From IMG/VR virus record IMGVR_UViG_3300009182_005502, positions 1 through 54,686 of that record: a DNA stretch of 54,686 nucleotides. The stretch is one strand, 5' to 3'. Shown piece by piece: positions 1-9,089 of this stretch. The position numbers and the translations under genes were made by a program. The notes beneath the pieces are model-generated. The model was not told the DNA's origin. It worked only from the letters and a program-made list of their open reading frames with translations, and did no database searches. Within the stretch, counting starts at the first letter, position 1; each line of letters opens with the position of its first letter. The stretch comes from a virus (lineage: Duplodnaviria; Caudoviricetes).

Positions 1-25
1 AAGACTTCGATGCAATGTCATTCAT
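1..25 (-). CDS. 5' fragment of a gene running off the left edge (MNDIASKS...)
   Basis: ATG at 25-23, 11 nt after the stop of the kinase gene on the same strand; only 8 codons are visible. Confidence 0.5.
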
Positions 26-36
26 GTTAGTTGTAC

Positions 37-594
37 TCATAATTCGTAAAAATCGTTGTTGTGTATTTCTACCTCTTTATCTTGTAAAGCTACAAAGAAT
101 TGTCTAGCACGTTCTTCAACAGAACCACTAAGCCTTACAACAGGTATTGCATATGATTTAATAATACAATCAAAAGATTGCACTACACTATCAAAAAAAT
201 CTTTATTAACTGTTCGTTGACCATCCTCTATAAGAGGTAATTCCGGTTCAACATAAAAAATAATATCATATCTATCAATCATTACCAAAAATAAATCTCT
301 AATAATATCTAATACTTTAATATCTTTTATTAAAGCCATTGAATAAGCATAACCGTCTAAAGCACAACGATCATAAATCGTATCACCTTTTTCGTTAAGA
401 CGTTGAAGATGCTTAGTCATAATTGCAAGTTGAGTTACTTCATCCCCGTCTTCGTTAATATCATACCCCGCTTTCTGCATACCTCTTGTTAAAGAAGTTT
501 TAAACTTAAAATCAGTAAGTACATTTATATCTTGTAAATACTTTACAAGAGTAGTCTTACCTTGACTATGAGCTCCTGAAATAGCTATTTTCAT
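37..594 (-). CDS. P-loop nucleoside/nucleotide kinase-like protein (AAA_28/dNMP kinase type)
   Basis: N-terminal Walker A GAHSQGKTT, DR motif (YDRCALD), YDIIFY and D-G-x-R lid; paralog of 32409..33038. Confidence 0.75.
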   Translation of the reverse strand: MKIAISGAHSQGKTTLVKYLQDINVLTDFKFKTSLTRGMQKAGYDINEDGDEVTQLAIMTKHLQRLNEKGDTIYDRCALDGYAYSMALIKDIKVLDIIRDLFLVMIDRYDIIFYVEPELPLIEDGQRTVNKDFFDSVVQSFDCIIKSYAIPVVRLSGSVEERARQFFVALQDKEVEIHNNDFYEL

Positions 595-1130
595 GTATTA
601 TATACTAAATGCTTTTTCAAAAAAGTAAACCATAAATCCGTAGCATCTTTATGTAATTTTTCTATAACTTCTGATTCTGTCATATCTTCTATAAGAACAG
701 TACTATACTCTTTAATTTCTCCTCCATCAAGCTCAGCTGTACAACGGTGTATTGTATTACCTGACCACTTTAAACGTTCTGCTGCAGCACGCTTCTGAGG
801 ATCTTTTCCTTTAAGGTGAGGGTGAAGAAGTAGGTTAGCAGGATGTAAATTATATATTTCGTACTTTTCACATACTTCTGCTGGTACAATTCTAAGCCAC
901 CCGTGAAGAGTTACAAAAGAATTAAACGGTATATTATGCAGATACTCTCCTAGTGTAGTTTGTTTATTTACTTCAAATATTCTTTCTCCAGCAGAACTAA
1001 GCAATAGTGGATTTACACCTTCTAACTCTTGTTTGTTCGTAACAATAAAATCAGGATACCTACCTAGTTTTTCAGATATATTATATATCTCTGTTCCTGA
1101 TTGACTAAAGAAAGCTACCCAGGGTCTCAT
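591..1130 (-). CDS. PurN-like formyltransferase (candidate DpdN, preQ1 formyltransferase)
   Basis: FFSQSGT, LHGWLRIV, catalytic YNLHP and ELDGG motifs of GAR transformylase; start moved to ATG 1130, which overlaps the upstream stop as ATGA. Confidence 0.8.
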   Translation of the reverse strand: MRPWVAFFSQSGTEIYNISEKLGRYPDFIVTNKQELEGVNPLLLSSAGERIFEVNKQTTLGEYLHNIPFNSFVTLHGWLRIVPAEVCEKYEIYNLHPANLLLHPHLKGKDPQKRAAAERLKWSGNTIHRCTAELDGGEIKEYSTVLIEDMTESEVIEKLHKDATDLWFTFLKKHLVYNT

Positions 1131-1975
1131 TGGCAAAATTTCTTAAAGAGAGATGTATTATAAAAAGCTAATTCTAGCTGTTCGTAGTTAAGATTATGAT
1201 TAATAAATTCAACAAGTTTAACAGACCATTTTTCACTCAATCCATAAACAGGGTTGTATCTTTTACCGAGAATAGCACTTACAATAGGGTTTGACGTATC
1301 TATAGTACTAATAGAATTTTTAAATTGAGTATTATTATACAATTTAAATTCCCACGGAGTAGCACAACCTAGTAGATGATGTGGTTTTTTACTCATTAAA
1401 ACACCATCATTATAAAGACGGGTTAGTAAAGCTACTCTGCCCAGAGTATATCTTACCCAGTTATTAAATCCCATCCAATGTACCCATCTAGGTACAGGTT
1501 CAATTTCCTTTTCAAAAGTATCTATAGAATTCCATTCGTTAAGATAAAACGAATAATCAAATGAAATTGCTATTTTATCAACACGAGGAGCAATATAGTT
1601 ATAACAATCTACTATTTCTTCATACGTCTTGCCCTGTATAACACCTATCTTTTTTCCAGGAAGATTTGTATATTCATTTGTAAATTTTTTAAAGCTCTCA
1701 ATAGTGCCTTTAGAATCCTCTAAAACATCAGGTATAATATACTCTGTAGGACGTAGATCTTTAATCCAATGAGCGTACTCCTTTGAGTCATAAGCCTCTC
1801 CTAACTCAAAAATACTATTATCAAGAAGTACATGTCTGCCCATTTCGACAGACTCTTTATAAAAATTATAATAATCAGTATGAATTGGTAGAAGATGTAC
1901 TAAGCAATAATCGTAATCGTTATACCCTCTTGATGTAGTAAGAAGGCTAATAGGTGTTTCGTGACTAATAAGCAT
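1127..1975 (-). CDS. TGT-fold protein, DpdA3-like 7-deazaguanine insertion enzyme
   Basis: LLDNSIFE, IGVIQG, HHLLG and TIDTS motifs in the order seen in tRNA-guanine transglycosylase folds; start moved to ATG 1975 (MLISHE). Confidence 0.65.
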   Translation of the reverse strand: MLISHETPISLLTTSRGYNDYDYCLVHLLPIHTDYYNFYKESVEMGRHVLLDNSIFELGEAYDSKEYAHWIKDLRPTEYIIPDVLEDSKGTIESFKKFTNEYTNLPGKKIGVIQGKTYEEIVDCYNYIAPRVDKIAISFDYSFYLNEWNSIDTFEKEIEPVPRWVHWMGFNNWVRYTLGRVALLTRLYNDGVLMSKKPHHLLGCATPWEFKLYNNTQFKNSISTIDTSNPIVSAILGKRYNPVYGLSEKWSVKLVEFINHNLNYEQLELAFYNTSLFKKFCQ

Positions 1976-1986
1976 AAATATTGAAT

Positions 1987-2015
1987 ATAATAATGTCAAA
2001 TATAAGAAATGTCAA
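1987..2015 (-). promoter_or_regulatory. Sigma70-type promoter TTGACA-N17-TATTAT
   Basis: Consensus -35, 17-nt spacer, -10 box ending 11 nt before ATG 1975. Confidence 0.7.
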
Positions 2016-2226
2016 GTATATTGTATATAAAAAAAGAATATACGTAGTAAAAGTAGGACCTGTTTATATCTGGAGTACAGCTGCTGCTATAAAAGAAAAC
2101 TGTGTTCACAAAGCTATTGAACATTTTAAAGTAAAATCTGAAAATTATTTAAAATATAAAGGCGCTGAAATTATAAGCTTATACGTTAAAGAAATAAAAA
2201 TTCAGGACAATTCAGGAAATACATAG
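1993..2226 (+). CDS. Hypothetical small basic protein
   Basis: Fills the gap between minus-strand genes; ATG 1993 preceded by late-promoter-like CATAAATA at 1973-1980. Confidence 0.45.
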   Translation: MSNIRNVKYIVYKKRIYVVKVGPVYIWSTAAAIKENCVHKAIEHFKVKSENYLKYKGAEIISLYVKEIKIQDNSGNT

Positions 2227-2852
2227 TTGTTTAAAAAATGCTTAGCATTTTCTTCTCCAACATCTACCGCTAAAGCTTTAAACGTTTTGTCGTTTTTCTT
2301 CTGACCTATACAATAACTATTCTGTTTTTCTATATTTGTTTTGTATCTTTCTTTAAAAGATTCTGAATATTTTAAAAACTCTTTTGTTATTGCTCTAGAA
2401 TTACACTGTAAAAAATCTATTTCTTCTTCTTGTGGAGATACACAAATAAAGTTTTCTCCAAAGAAATTTGCCCATTCAGGAAGTTTCCTTTCTGGGGACT
2501 TTATAGTATTTTTTAACTGAAGTAAGTTCTTTTGAAGAATCTGATTAGCATTAATAGGTGTAAGATCAAAAAAGAAACCTGTAATTTTATTACCGATTTC
2601 AATAAAGTCTAAACCTAATATAGGTATATCAATAGTAGCATTAGGAAAAATATTAGCGTGTACTACCCCTATTCTTTTAGTTTTATAATATTCTAAATGT
2701 ACATGTCTAAAAATAGGACTTGTATAGATATTATTTTGCCAAATTATATCAGTATTATACTGACCCTCGTAAAGAGTAGGACGATCTGGATATCCAAAAG
2801 CGTCTGTAAAATCTTGTGTTAAAAGATCAAAAAATTCTCTTAGCTTGTCCAT
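2202..2852 (-). CDS. pcyA: Ferredoxin-dependent bilin reductase, PcyA-like
   Basis: FRHVHLE, VHANIFP, PILGLD, RKLPEWANFF and QNSYCIGQKKNDKT motifs; adjacent to heme oxygenase. Confidence 0.8.
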   Translation of the reverse strand: MDKLREFFDLLTQDFTDAFGYPDRPTLYEGQYNTDIIWQNNIYTSPIFRHVHLEYYKTKRIGVVHANIFPNATIDIPILGLDFIEIGNKITGFFFDLTPINANQILQKNLLQLKNTIKSPERKLPEWANFFGENFICVSPQEEEIDFLQCNSRAITKEFLKYSESFKERYKTNIEKQNSYCIGQKKNDKTFKALAVDVGEENAKHFLNNYVFPELS

Positions 2853-3406
2853 ATCTCTTCAAACAAATCTATATGAAACTGAAAGAAAGCTTTTGTTTCA
2901 AAAACAATGTTATCATTTAAAGAATCGGGTGTATCTTTATCAAGAAGATATCTAACAGTAGTAATAACAGCCATAGGGTCCTTAGATTGATAAGTTTCAT
3001 TATAAGGGGCTTGAGACTTAGCGAGAATTCTACCTCCGTAGAAATCAGCTAACCACCTAAGATAAAAATCCGCCTTAAGAAGCTCTTCACTCTTTGTCCA
3101 AGAATTTGCAAGCCAGGCACGAGTTACCGTCTTAATCGTGCTCTTTGTATAGTTAGTATCAGCAATAAGCTTGTCAATATCTTTCTGTATAAAAGTACTT
3201 CTCTTTAAATCGTTATTTTCTAAAATTTCTTTTTGAAGAAGTCGTTGTTCAACTACCTGATAGACTGGTAGAAGATTAACAAGCAATTCTAGTAAATGTT
3301 CCTTCTTAAAGGAACCATCTACAAAGGATTGCATTAACGGATGTTGCTCAGAAGCTCTATGAAGTTCTGCCGTTTCTTCTTTTAAACGTGTCTGTAAATT
3401 ACTCAT
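2840..3406 (-). CDS. ho1: Biliverdin-producing heme oxygenase
   Basis: LKEETAELH (proximal His) and YLRWLADFYGGRIL distal helix motif. Confidence 0.85.
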   Translation of the reverse strand: MSNLQTRLKEETAELHRASEQHPLMQSFVDGSFKKEHLLELLVNLLPVYQVVEQRLLQKEILENNDLKRSTFIQKDIDKLIADTNYTKSTIKTVTRAWLANSWTKSEELLKADFYLRWLADFYGGRILAKSQAPYNETYQSKDPMAVITTVRYLLDKDTPDSLNDNIVFETKAFFQFHIDLFEEIWTS

Positions 3407-3439
3407 ATGTTTTATATTATGGTATCTTCTTTAAAGAAA

Positions 3440-5983
3440 TCAAGAAAATAAATCAAATAAATCAGTTTGTACTTCTTTACCAATGATAGGTAGATGCCAA
3501 CCGATAGCATCATAAACAGCTTCAATAGGTGGAGCTACAATCTTACCGAACATCTTATCGTAATCAATTTTTATATTACCAAATTCTTTTGGATAATCTC
3601 CACTAAAAGCAATAGCATCTAAACTATACGGATTTTTTGATGCGTAAAAGAACTTTACCTTCTGTCCTGATTTGATTGATTCGTATTTCTTTGTAAGATT
3701 GAGTTTTTCTAAAAGAAAATTATACGCGAGGGCTGCTTTTACGTGACAGGGTGTTCCTTTATTAAATTTGTTTAAAGACGCACCGGCTGTATACTTGTCA
3801 GGTTCCTTAACAGCCTTTCTAAACGAAGCTTCTGATATACTAAGATTCTTAAAAAGATCATATGCTTCTCTAAATACTTCGTTTGTCTTTTTAACGTCTT
3901 TAGTGAGGAAGGCAGTCTCAATAGTTTTTTGTATAATTGCTTTTACAGGTTTCGGTGTTGTTGATCTAGCAAGCTCTACCCCGACGTACTTAAACTTCTT
4001 CATCGGTACACCTTCTTCATCTAGAATACGAAGAATATAACGCTTTTTCATTAAGAAGGAACCTACATCAGCAATAGCTTCACGCTTAAACACAAATCGA
4101 GGGTCAGCAGAGTTTAAGTCTTCTCGAGCCCAATCTAGAATCTTTTCTCCTAAATGTTTATCAATAGCATCTACAATAGTATGAACTTTAGGATTAATAA
4201 TACAATCTTCAGCAAGTTTAACTCCTAGCTTATCTAAAATAGGCTGTATAGTAATATAAAGGGAATCAGTATCACCGCTTAGAATCAATGACTCATTTAC
4301 TTTAAACGTATCTTTAGCAAATTGATTAATAATATTACCGCCGGCCTTAGCAACAGCTTGACCTGTTAAGGTAATAGAAGAGGCATTATCGATATCCATA
4401 AAGGCAGAATGCTTATTAGCAAACGTACCGTAGATAGAGTTCAAAAGAATCTTCAGCGTATATTGAAGGGTATCAAAGTATTGAATTGAGTCAGTTGTTT
4501 CTTTATCTTCTTTCTTAGTCTTTTTAAGCTCGATCATCTTTTTACGCGCATAGACACGCTCATCGTAAATACTATTAATCAAGTTAGGACAAACCCCTTT
4601 AAATTTTTGTGAGTATAGTACACCTGCTTTAGATAAAGATACATTTTCGTCTTTAAGAAACTTTTTCAGTTTATCGACGGTAAGTGTAAACGATCCACCA
4701 TTAACAAGCTTAATACCAATCTCTTTATCAGTTTCAATATCACCTGTTACAATCTTACCTAGCTTTGTTTCCGGTGAAATATTCAGCGTTATAATTGTAT
4801 TAGGGTATAGAGAGTTAACGTCAAAGCTTACTATAGCTTCTTTGAGTCCACGTTCAGGCTCTCGCACGTAGCCTCCCTCAAGCGCTTCTCTTATTGTTTC
4901 GTTTTTAAACGTAGGAATAACAAAGCCTTGTTTACGAGCTTGCAGAGACATTGCACCTGTAACAATAGATACCTTACCTAAAGCTCTTTCAAAATTAGTA
5001 CATCCTTTATAAGCAAGGAGACGAATAATTTTAAGGTAGTTAAGCTTATCTTCAAGCTTACGAAGCAGATCTACATCCTGAATGTTATAATCAACAAAGT
5101 TTTCCCAGTCTGTATCAGCTAGAGTGGAAAGGTTAGTAGCGTTAATAGCAAGTTTACCTTCATTAAGTTCATACTCAGCAATATAGTTAAGGGAAAACGA
5201 CTCTCTGTCTCCCTTAGAGTATGTTTTATAAATCTCCATGTAGTCCAAGCAACTAATACCTGAGATATACCAACGACCTACGTCTTTACCAAACTTAGAA
5301 AAGTTTTCTCGATAGTTAATTTCTCTTACCGGGGAAAGTTGTTTAATAAACTCATCTCCTAATAAATTTTTAGCACGATTAATAATGTAAGGAATATCGA
5401 ACATCTCTGTATTCCATCCTGTTAAAATATCTGGAGGGTCTTTTTTCCAGAAATTTACAAATTTCTCAAAGAGATCTTCTTCGCAATCACATTTGTAATA
5501 TGTTACGTTAGGTAGTTTCGGTTTATAATCGTTTTTTAAACCCCAGGTATGAATCTTACCGCTAATAGTATCAAGAATTGTAATAAGAGTTACAGGATCT
5601 TTAGCTTTAGCAGGAATAGGAAACTCATTTGGTGAGTAAGTTTCAATATCAATAAAATAAACCTTTAACGGAAACTTACTAAACTCTTCTTTATGCACAT
5701 CCTCCTTGAATGTTTCGATAAGGAATTGCTGATCGACCGGTAAATTACCAAAAAGACGTGTATTCTTTGTTTCGTTTACGAACTTATTGCGTTCAAAAGA
5801 GTTTCTAAAATAATGCTTTTTAAGAGATGTCTTAAAAATTGAAGTTCCATCTCCTGCTTTATCATTTTCTGTATAAAGAAAAGGTGTAAACGGTACTTCA
5901 GTATCTATACGGTCTCCGTCTTCTGTCCAAGTACGAAGATATACAATTCCTTCTTTAGGGTTATAGGTAGCGTTTCTATACAC
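3440..5983 (-). CDS. gp43: Family B DNA polymerase (T4 gp43-like)
   Basis: Exonuclease DIET, GWN..FDIPY, YNIQD; polymerase SFDVNSLYP, KILLNSIYG, GDTDS, KKRY; GTG start. Confidence 0.97.
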   Translation of the reverse strand: MYRNATYNPKEGIVYLRTWTEDGDRIDTEVPFTPFLYTENDKAGDGTSIFKTSLKKHYFRNSFERNKFVNETKNTRLFGNLPVDQQFLIETFKEDVHKEEFSKFPLKVYFIDIETYSPNEFPIPAKAKDPVTLITILDTISGKIHTWGLKNDYKPKLPNVTYYKCDCEEDLFEKFVNFWKKDPPDILTGWNTEMFDIPYIINRAKNLLGDEFIKQLSPVREINYRENFSKFGKDVGRWYISGISCLDYMEIYKTYSKGDRESFSLNYIAEYELNEGKLAINATNLSTLADTDWENFVDYNIQDVDLLRKLEDKLNYLKIIRLLAYKGCTNFERALGKVSIVTGAMSLQARKQGFVIPTFKNETIREALEGGYVREPERGLKEAIVSFDVNSLYPNTIITLNISPETKLGKIVTGDIETDKEIGIKLVNGGSFTLTVDKLKKFLKDENVSLSKAGVLYSQKFKGVCPNLINSIYDERVYARKKMIELKKTKKEDKETTDSIQYFDTLQYTLKILLNSIYGTFANKHSAFMDIDNASSITLTGQAVAKAGGNIINQFAKDTFKVNESLILSGDTDSLYITIQPILDKLGVKLAEDCIINPKVHTIVDAIDKHLGEKILDWAREDLNSADPRFVFKREAIADVGSFLMKKRYILRILDEEGVPMKKFKYVGVELARSTTPKPVKAIIQKTIETAFLTKDVKKTNEVFREAYDLFKNLSISEASFRKAVKEPDKYTAGASLNKFNKGTPCHVKAALAYNFLLEKLNLTKKYESIKSGQKVKFFYASKNPYSLDAIAFSGDYPKEFGNIKIDYDKMFGKIVAPPIEAVYDAIGWHLPIIGKEVQTDLFDLFS

Positions 5984-6025
5984 TACTATATACTATATGT
6001 TCGATTCTTTTTATCAAGATAAAAA

Positions 6026-7270
6026 TTAAGGATTACATTCCTTGAGGTACTTTCTATCTGGAGAACCGAAAGGTGTTGTATATGCTTCAAGATGCTTGTT
6101 AAGATTTCTTTCATCTTCAAGCCAGAATCTTTCAGCATACTCTCTAGACCTCTTACAAAGTTTAGTGTACTTATCTTGATCTTTGAGAGCATACTTAATT
6201 TGATCAATAAACTCATCACCAGTTTTGTATTTGAGCATAGCATCTTTATATGTAACCATATCAGGACAAATACAAGGTAACCCCATAGCACCAGCTTCAA
6301 TAAGCTTAATATTACTTTTAGCGCGGTTAAAGTTGTTATCCTGTAAAGCAGCAAAGGTAAGCTGGGAACCAGAGTTTGCCATAACACCAGGAAAATCAGG
6401 AAGTTGAGCCCACTCTCTAAAGATAATTTCACCGGAATCAATAAACGGCTTAAGAGGTAGAGGGTAGCAACCGTAGAACTGCCATTTAAACATTTTTCTT
6501 GTCTTGATAACAGCGTCAACAACGGCGGAGAAATCATCATTTTGATTTGTTCTATTTGTAACATCAACATGAGTACCAGAAGCAAAAATTGATATAACAG
6601 GACGCTTCTTATTCTTATCATATCCCTTAATAAGATTTTGAAGATTATAATGACGGTCAAACCACCACTTAAGAAGATAATTTGGTATAACAGTAGTATT
6701 CTTATTACCTGTCTTTTCAATAAAGTAATCTCTCATGAAATCGCATGTAACAGTAACCTCGTCACACATATTCATAATATCTAAAATACTTCCGCGAATT
6801 TCATCAGACGTAAATGCGTCTTTATTACGATTAAAATCGGGAATATCTTCTCTAAACACAATATCATCAATTTCGTAAATTAACTTAAAATCAGCCTGCT
6901 TAGAAAGCTCTTTAAGGAATTTAACAAACTCTCTTTGTACGGGGGTTGCTTGTCGTTGAATCTTAACAGCCTTTATACCTGCATAAAATCTTGGATCCAA
7001 TACCATTGTTGTTAGTTCAATAGCTACAGCCTTATTGTACAAATTAAGCATTAGATTAGGAGCCATACAACGATACCAGCTACAACCTCCGTAATCTGCT
7101 AAATAGTTTACAACTCTAGGTAGTCCTTGACCAGGAATTTCAGGGGGAGGTAATTCAAAATTTCCTCTTGCAGGTAATACTTGACAGGAATGCGGTATTC
7201 CTGGGGGGAGGCCTATCGGGGCACCAACGTTATGTTGTATGCCTGAGTAGTTAGTTATAATAGATGACAT
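6026..7270 (-). CDS. GT-B fold glycosyltransferase
   Basis: ADYGGCSWYR, IYEIDD, NNFNRAKSNIKLIEAG motifs; start moved to ATG 7270 (MSSII). Confidence 0.75.
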   Translation of the reverse strand: MSSIITNYSGIQHNVGAPIGLPPGIPHSCQVLPARGNFELPPPEIPGQGLPRVVNYLADYGGCSWYRCMAPNLMLNLYNKAVAIELTTMVLDPRFYAGIKAVKIQRQATPVQREFVKFLKELSKQADFKLIYEIDDIVFREDIPDFNRNKDAFTSDEIRGSILDIMNMCDEVTVTCDFMRDYFIEKTGNKNTTVIPNYLLKWWFDRHYNLQNLIKGYDKNKKRPVISIFASGTHVDVTNRTNQNDDFSAVVDAVIKTRKMFKWQFYGCYPLPLKPFIDSGEIIFREWAQLPDFPGVMANSGSQLTFAALQDNNFNRAKSNIKLIEAGAMGLPCICPDMVTYKDAMLKYKTGDEFIDQIKYALKDQDKYTKLCKRSREYAERFWLEDERNLNKHLEAYTTPFGSPDRKYLKECNP

Positions 7271-7274
7271 AATG

Positions 7275-9068
7275 TTACAATATATAAGTAAAGTTATTTC
7301 TTTTTTCCAGGAAAATTGTATTATCAACCTTAGTTGTTAATGCAGTACCTCGATGAGTTATTATATAACAATTTTCTTGATGCTTTTCTGCTCTCTCTCG
7401 AAGCACATCAAGTACAAGTTCAACTCCTTTATCATCTAGAGATGAATCAAGTAATTCGTCATAAAAAATTGTACTAAAATGTACATCTCCTTGCATACGA
7501 CGAATATCAAGAAAAGCAAATAAGCATGCAAGATCAATACGTTTACGTTCACCTCCGGAAAAATTAAAATACGATTTTACGGTACCTTTTTCATCGGTAA
7601 TTGTTTCGTCAAAGAACTCATTAAATTGACATAGACAATTAGCTTGTAAAACTTCAAGATAATAAGCAAGTCTAGAATTAAGAACTGTTAATACTTTTTT
7701 AACAATATAGGATTTTACCCCTTCTTCTGATACAACAAATTTAACACACTCTAGTACTGATAATTTTTTATCTAAATCGTCGACTTGAGTTTTATTATTA
7801 TTAAATTCTACTTCAAGCTCATTTACTGTTTGTTCTAGAACAGTATTTGTTTCCTCATTAATAATCTGCTGATCTTTAATAAGTTCGTCGATACTTTCTG
7901 TTAAAAAAAGTACCCTCGTTCGTATATTATTGTTATCTGTCTTAATAGTATTAACTTTATTCTTTTTATTATTAATTTCAGTGATTTCATTATCTTTTGT
8001 TGTTTCAAGTTTATTAACAATACTAACTGCTTCTACGGCTAATGCTTCTTCTTTTTGTAAATTTTTTAATTCTTTATTAATTTTCTTTTTATTTTCTTCT
8101 TTATGCTTTAAATCGTCTTCAGGAAAAGGACGCTTACATGTTGTACATAGAGCACCTACTTCCTCAATATCATTAAGTTGCTTCTTTAGCAAGCGAATAC
8201 CGGTTTGAACTTCTGTAACTTTTTTAAAAGCTTCCTTACACTTAGCTTGTATATCGGTATATTCTTCTTTAAGAGAAGCTGCTTTTGTTTCTATAAGCTC
8301 ATCTACATTATCAGGTAACGATACTATTTGTAAATTTAAATTATCAATCTTTACTTTATTATCTTCAATCTTTGTGTTTATTGAATTAATTTTACTCTTT
8401 TTTGTTTCTTCAAAATGTTCTAATTGTTGCTTACTTGTTTTATAACTCTTTTCAACAGCTTGATTGCTTGCAAACAGTACTTCGTAATCTCTCTTAACAG
8501 TGTTATACTCCTCCCGAGTTAAAGAAAGCATATCAGAGAATGCCTCAAGGTTTAAAACACTTTCAATAAATTTACGTTTATCAATTTTTGACTGCGCCAT
8601 GAAAGGTACAGTATTGTTAATTGTCATTATAACAGAATTTTGAAAAACTTTACTCGTTGATCGAAGAAGTTTTTGTATAAATTCATTTGTTTTAGCTAGA
8701 GTGGAATGTGTTATATCTACTCCATCTTTAGAAAGGTAGCATTTTGTAGGTGTTAAAGTACGTACGATTTGATATATATTCGTATTACCGTTATTATTAA
8801 TTTGTAATTCTAACTTTACTTCGCATGTCTTCTTAGTAAAAGAGTTTACAATAAGATCTTTGTTAATTTCCCGTATTGTTGCACCAAACAAAGCAAAATA
8901 AAGAGCATCAATAATTGTTGATTTACCTACACCGTTTTTAGAGTCTTCTTTATCGTAATTAATACCTGTAATTACATTAATGCCTTCTTGAAAGTTAAGA
9001 ACAACAGGTGTTTCTCCAACAGACAAAAAATTACGAATTGATAGATTTTTAAAACTTACTAAACGCAC
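7275..9068 (-). CDS. gp46: Recombination endonuclease ATPase subunit (gp46, SbcC/Rad50-like)
   Basis: NFLSVG, Walker A NGVGKST, coiled coil with CTTC zinc hook, signature FSGGE, YDELLD, ITH. Confidence 0.95.
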   Translation of the reverse strand: MRLVSFKNLSIRNFLSVGETPVVLNFQEGINVITGINYDKEDSKNGVGKSTIIDALYFALFGATIREINKDLIVNSFTKKTCEVKLELQINNNGNTNIYQIVRTLTPTKCYLSKDGVDITHSTLAKTNEFIQKLLRSTSKVFQNSVIMTINNTVPFMAQSKIDKRKFIESVLNLEAFSDMLSLTREEYNTVKRDYEVLFASNQAVEKSYKTSKQQLEHFEETKKSKINSINTKIEDNKVKIDNLNLQIVSLPDNVDELIETKAASLKEEYTDIQAKCKEAFKKVTEVQTGIRLLKKQLNDIEEVGALCTTCKRPFPEDDLKHKEENKKKINKELKNLQKEEALAVEAVSIVNKLETTKDNEITEINNKKNKVNTIKTDNNNIRTRVLFLTESIDELIKDQQIINEETNTVLEQTVNELEVEFNNNKTQVDDLDKKLSVLECVKFVVSEEGVKSYIVKKVLTVLNSRLAYYLEVLQANCLCQFNEFFDETITDEKGTVKSYFNFSGGERKRIDLACLFAFLDIRRMQGDVHFSTIFYDELLDSSLDDKGVELVLDVLRERAEKHQENCYIITHRGTALTTKVDNTIFLEKRNNFTYIL

Positions 9069-9089
9069 GTTATAATTTTATAGTAAAAA

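Noticed and set aside
591-1130. purN as a de novo purine synthesis auxiliary gene
   Set aside because: No other pur genes nearby and it is coupled to a TGT-fold gene; DNA modification is the better fit, though not proven
4255-4290. Polymerase motif C reads SGDTDS instead of YGDTDS
   Set aside because: The residues before DTDS vary among T4-like polymerases; this is not evidence of modified-base specificity
5986-6720. 244-aa Leu-rich ORF overlapping the glycosyltransferase in another frame
   Set aside because: Almost fully nested in a motif-bearing gene; the Leu/Ile/Met-rich composition is the usual frame-shift shadow of T-ending codons
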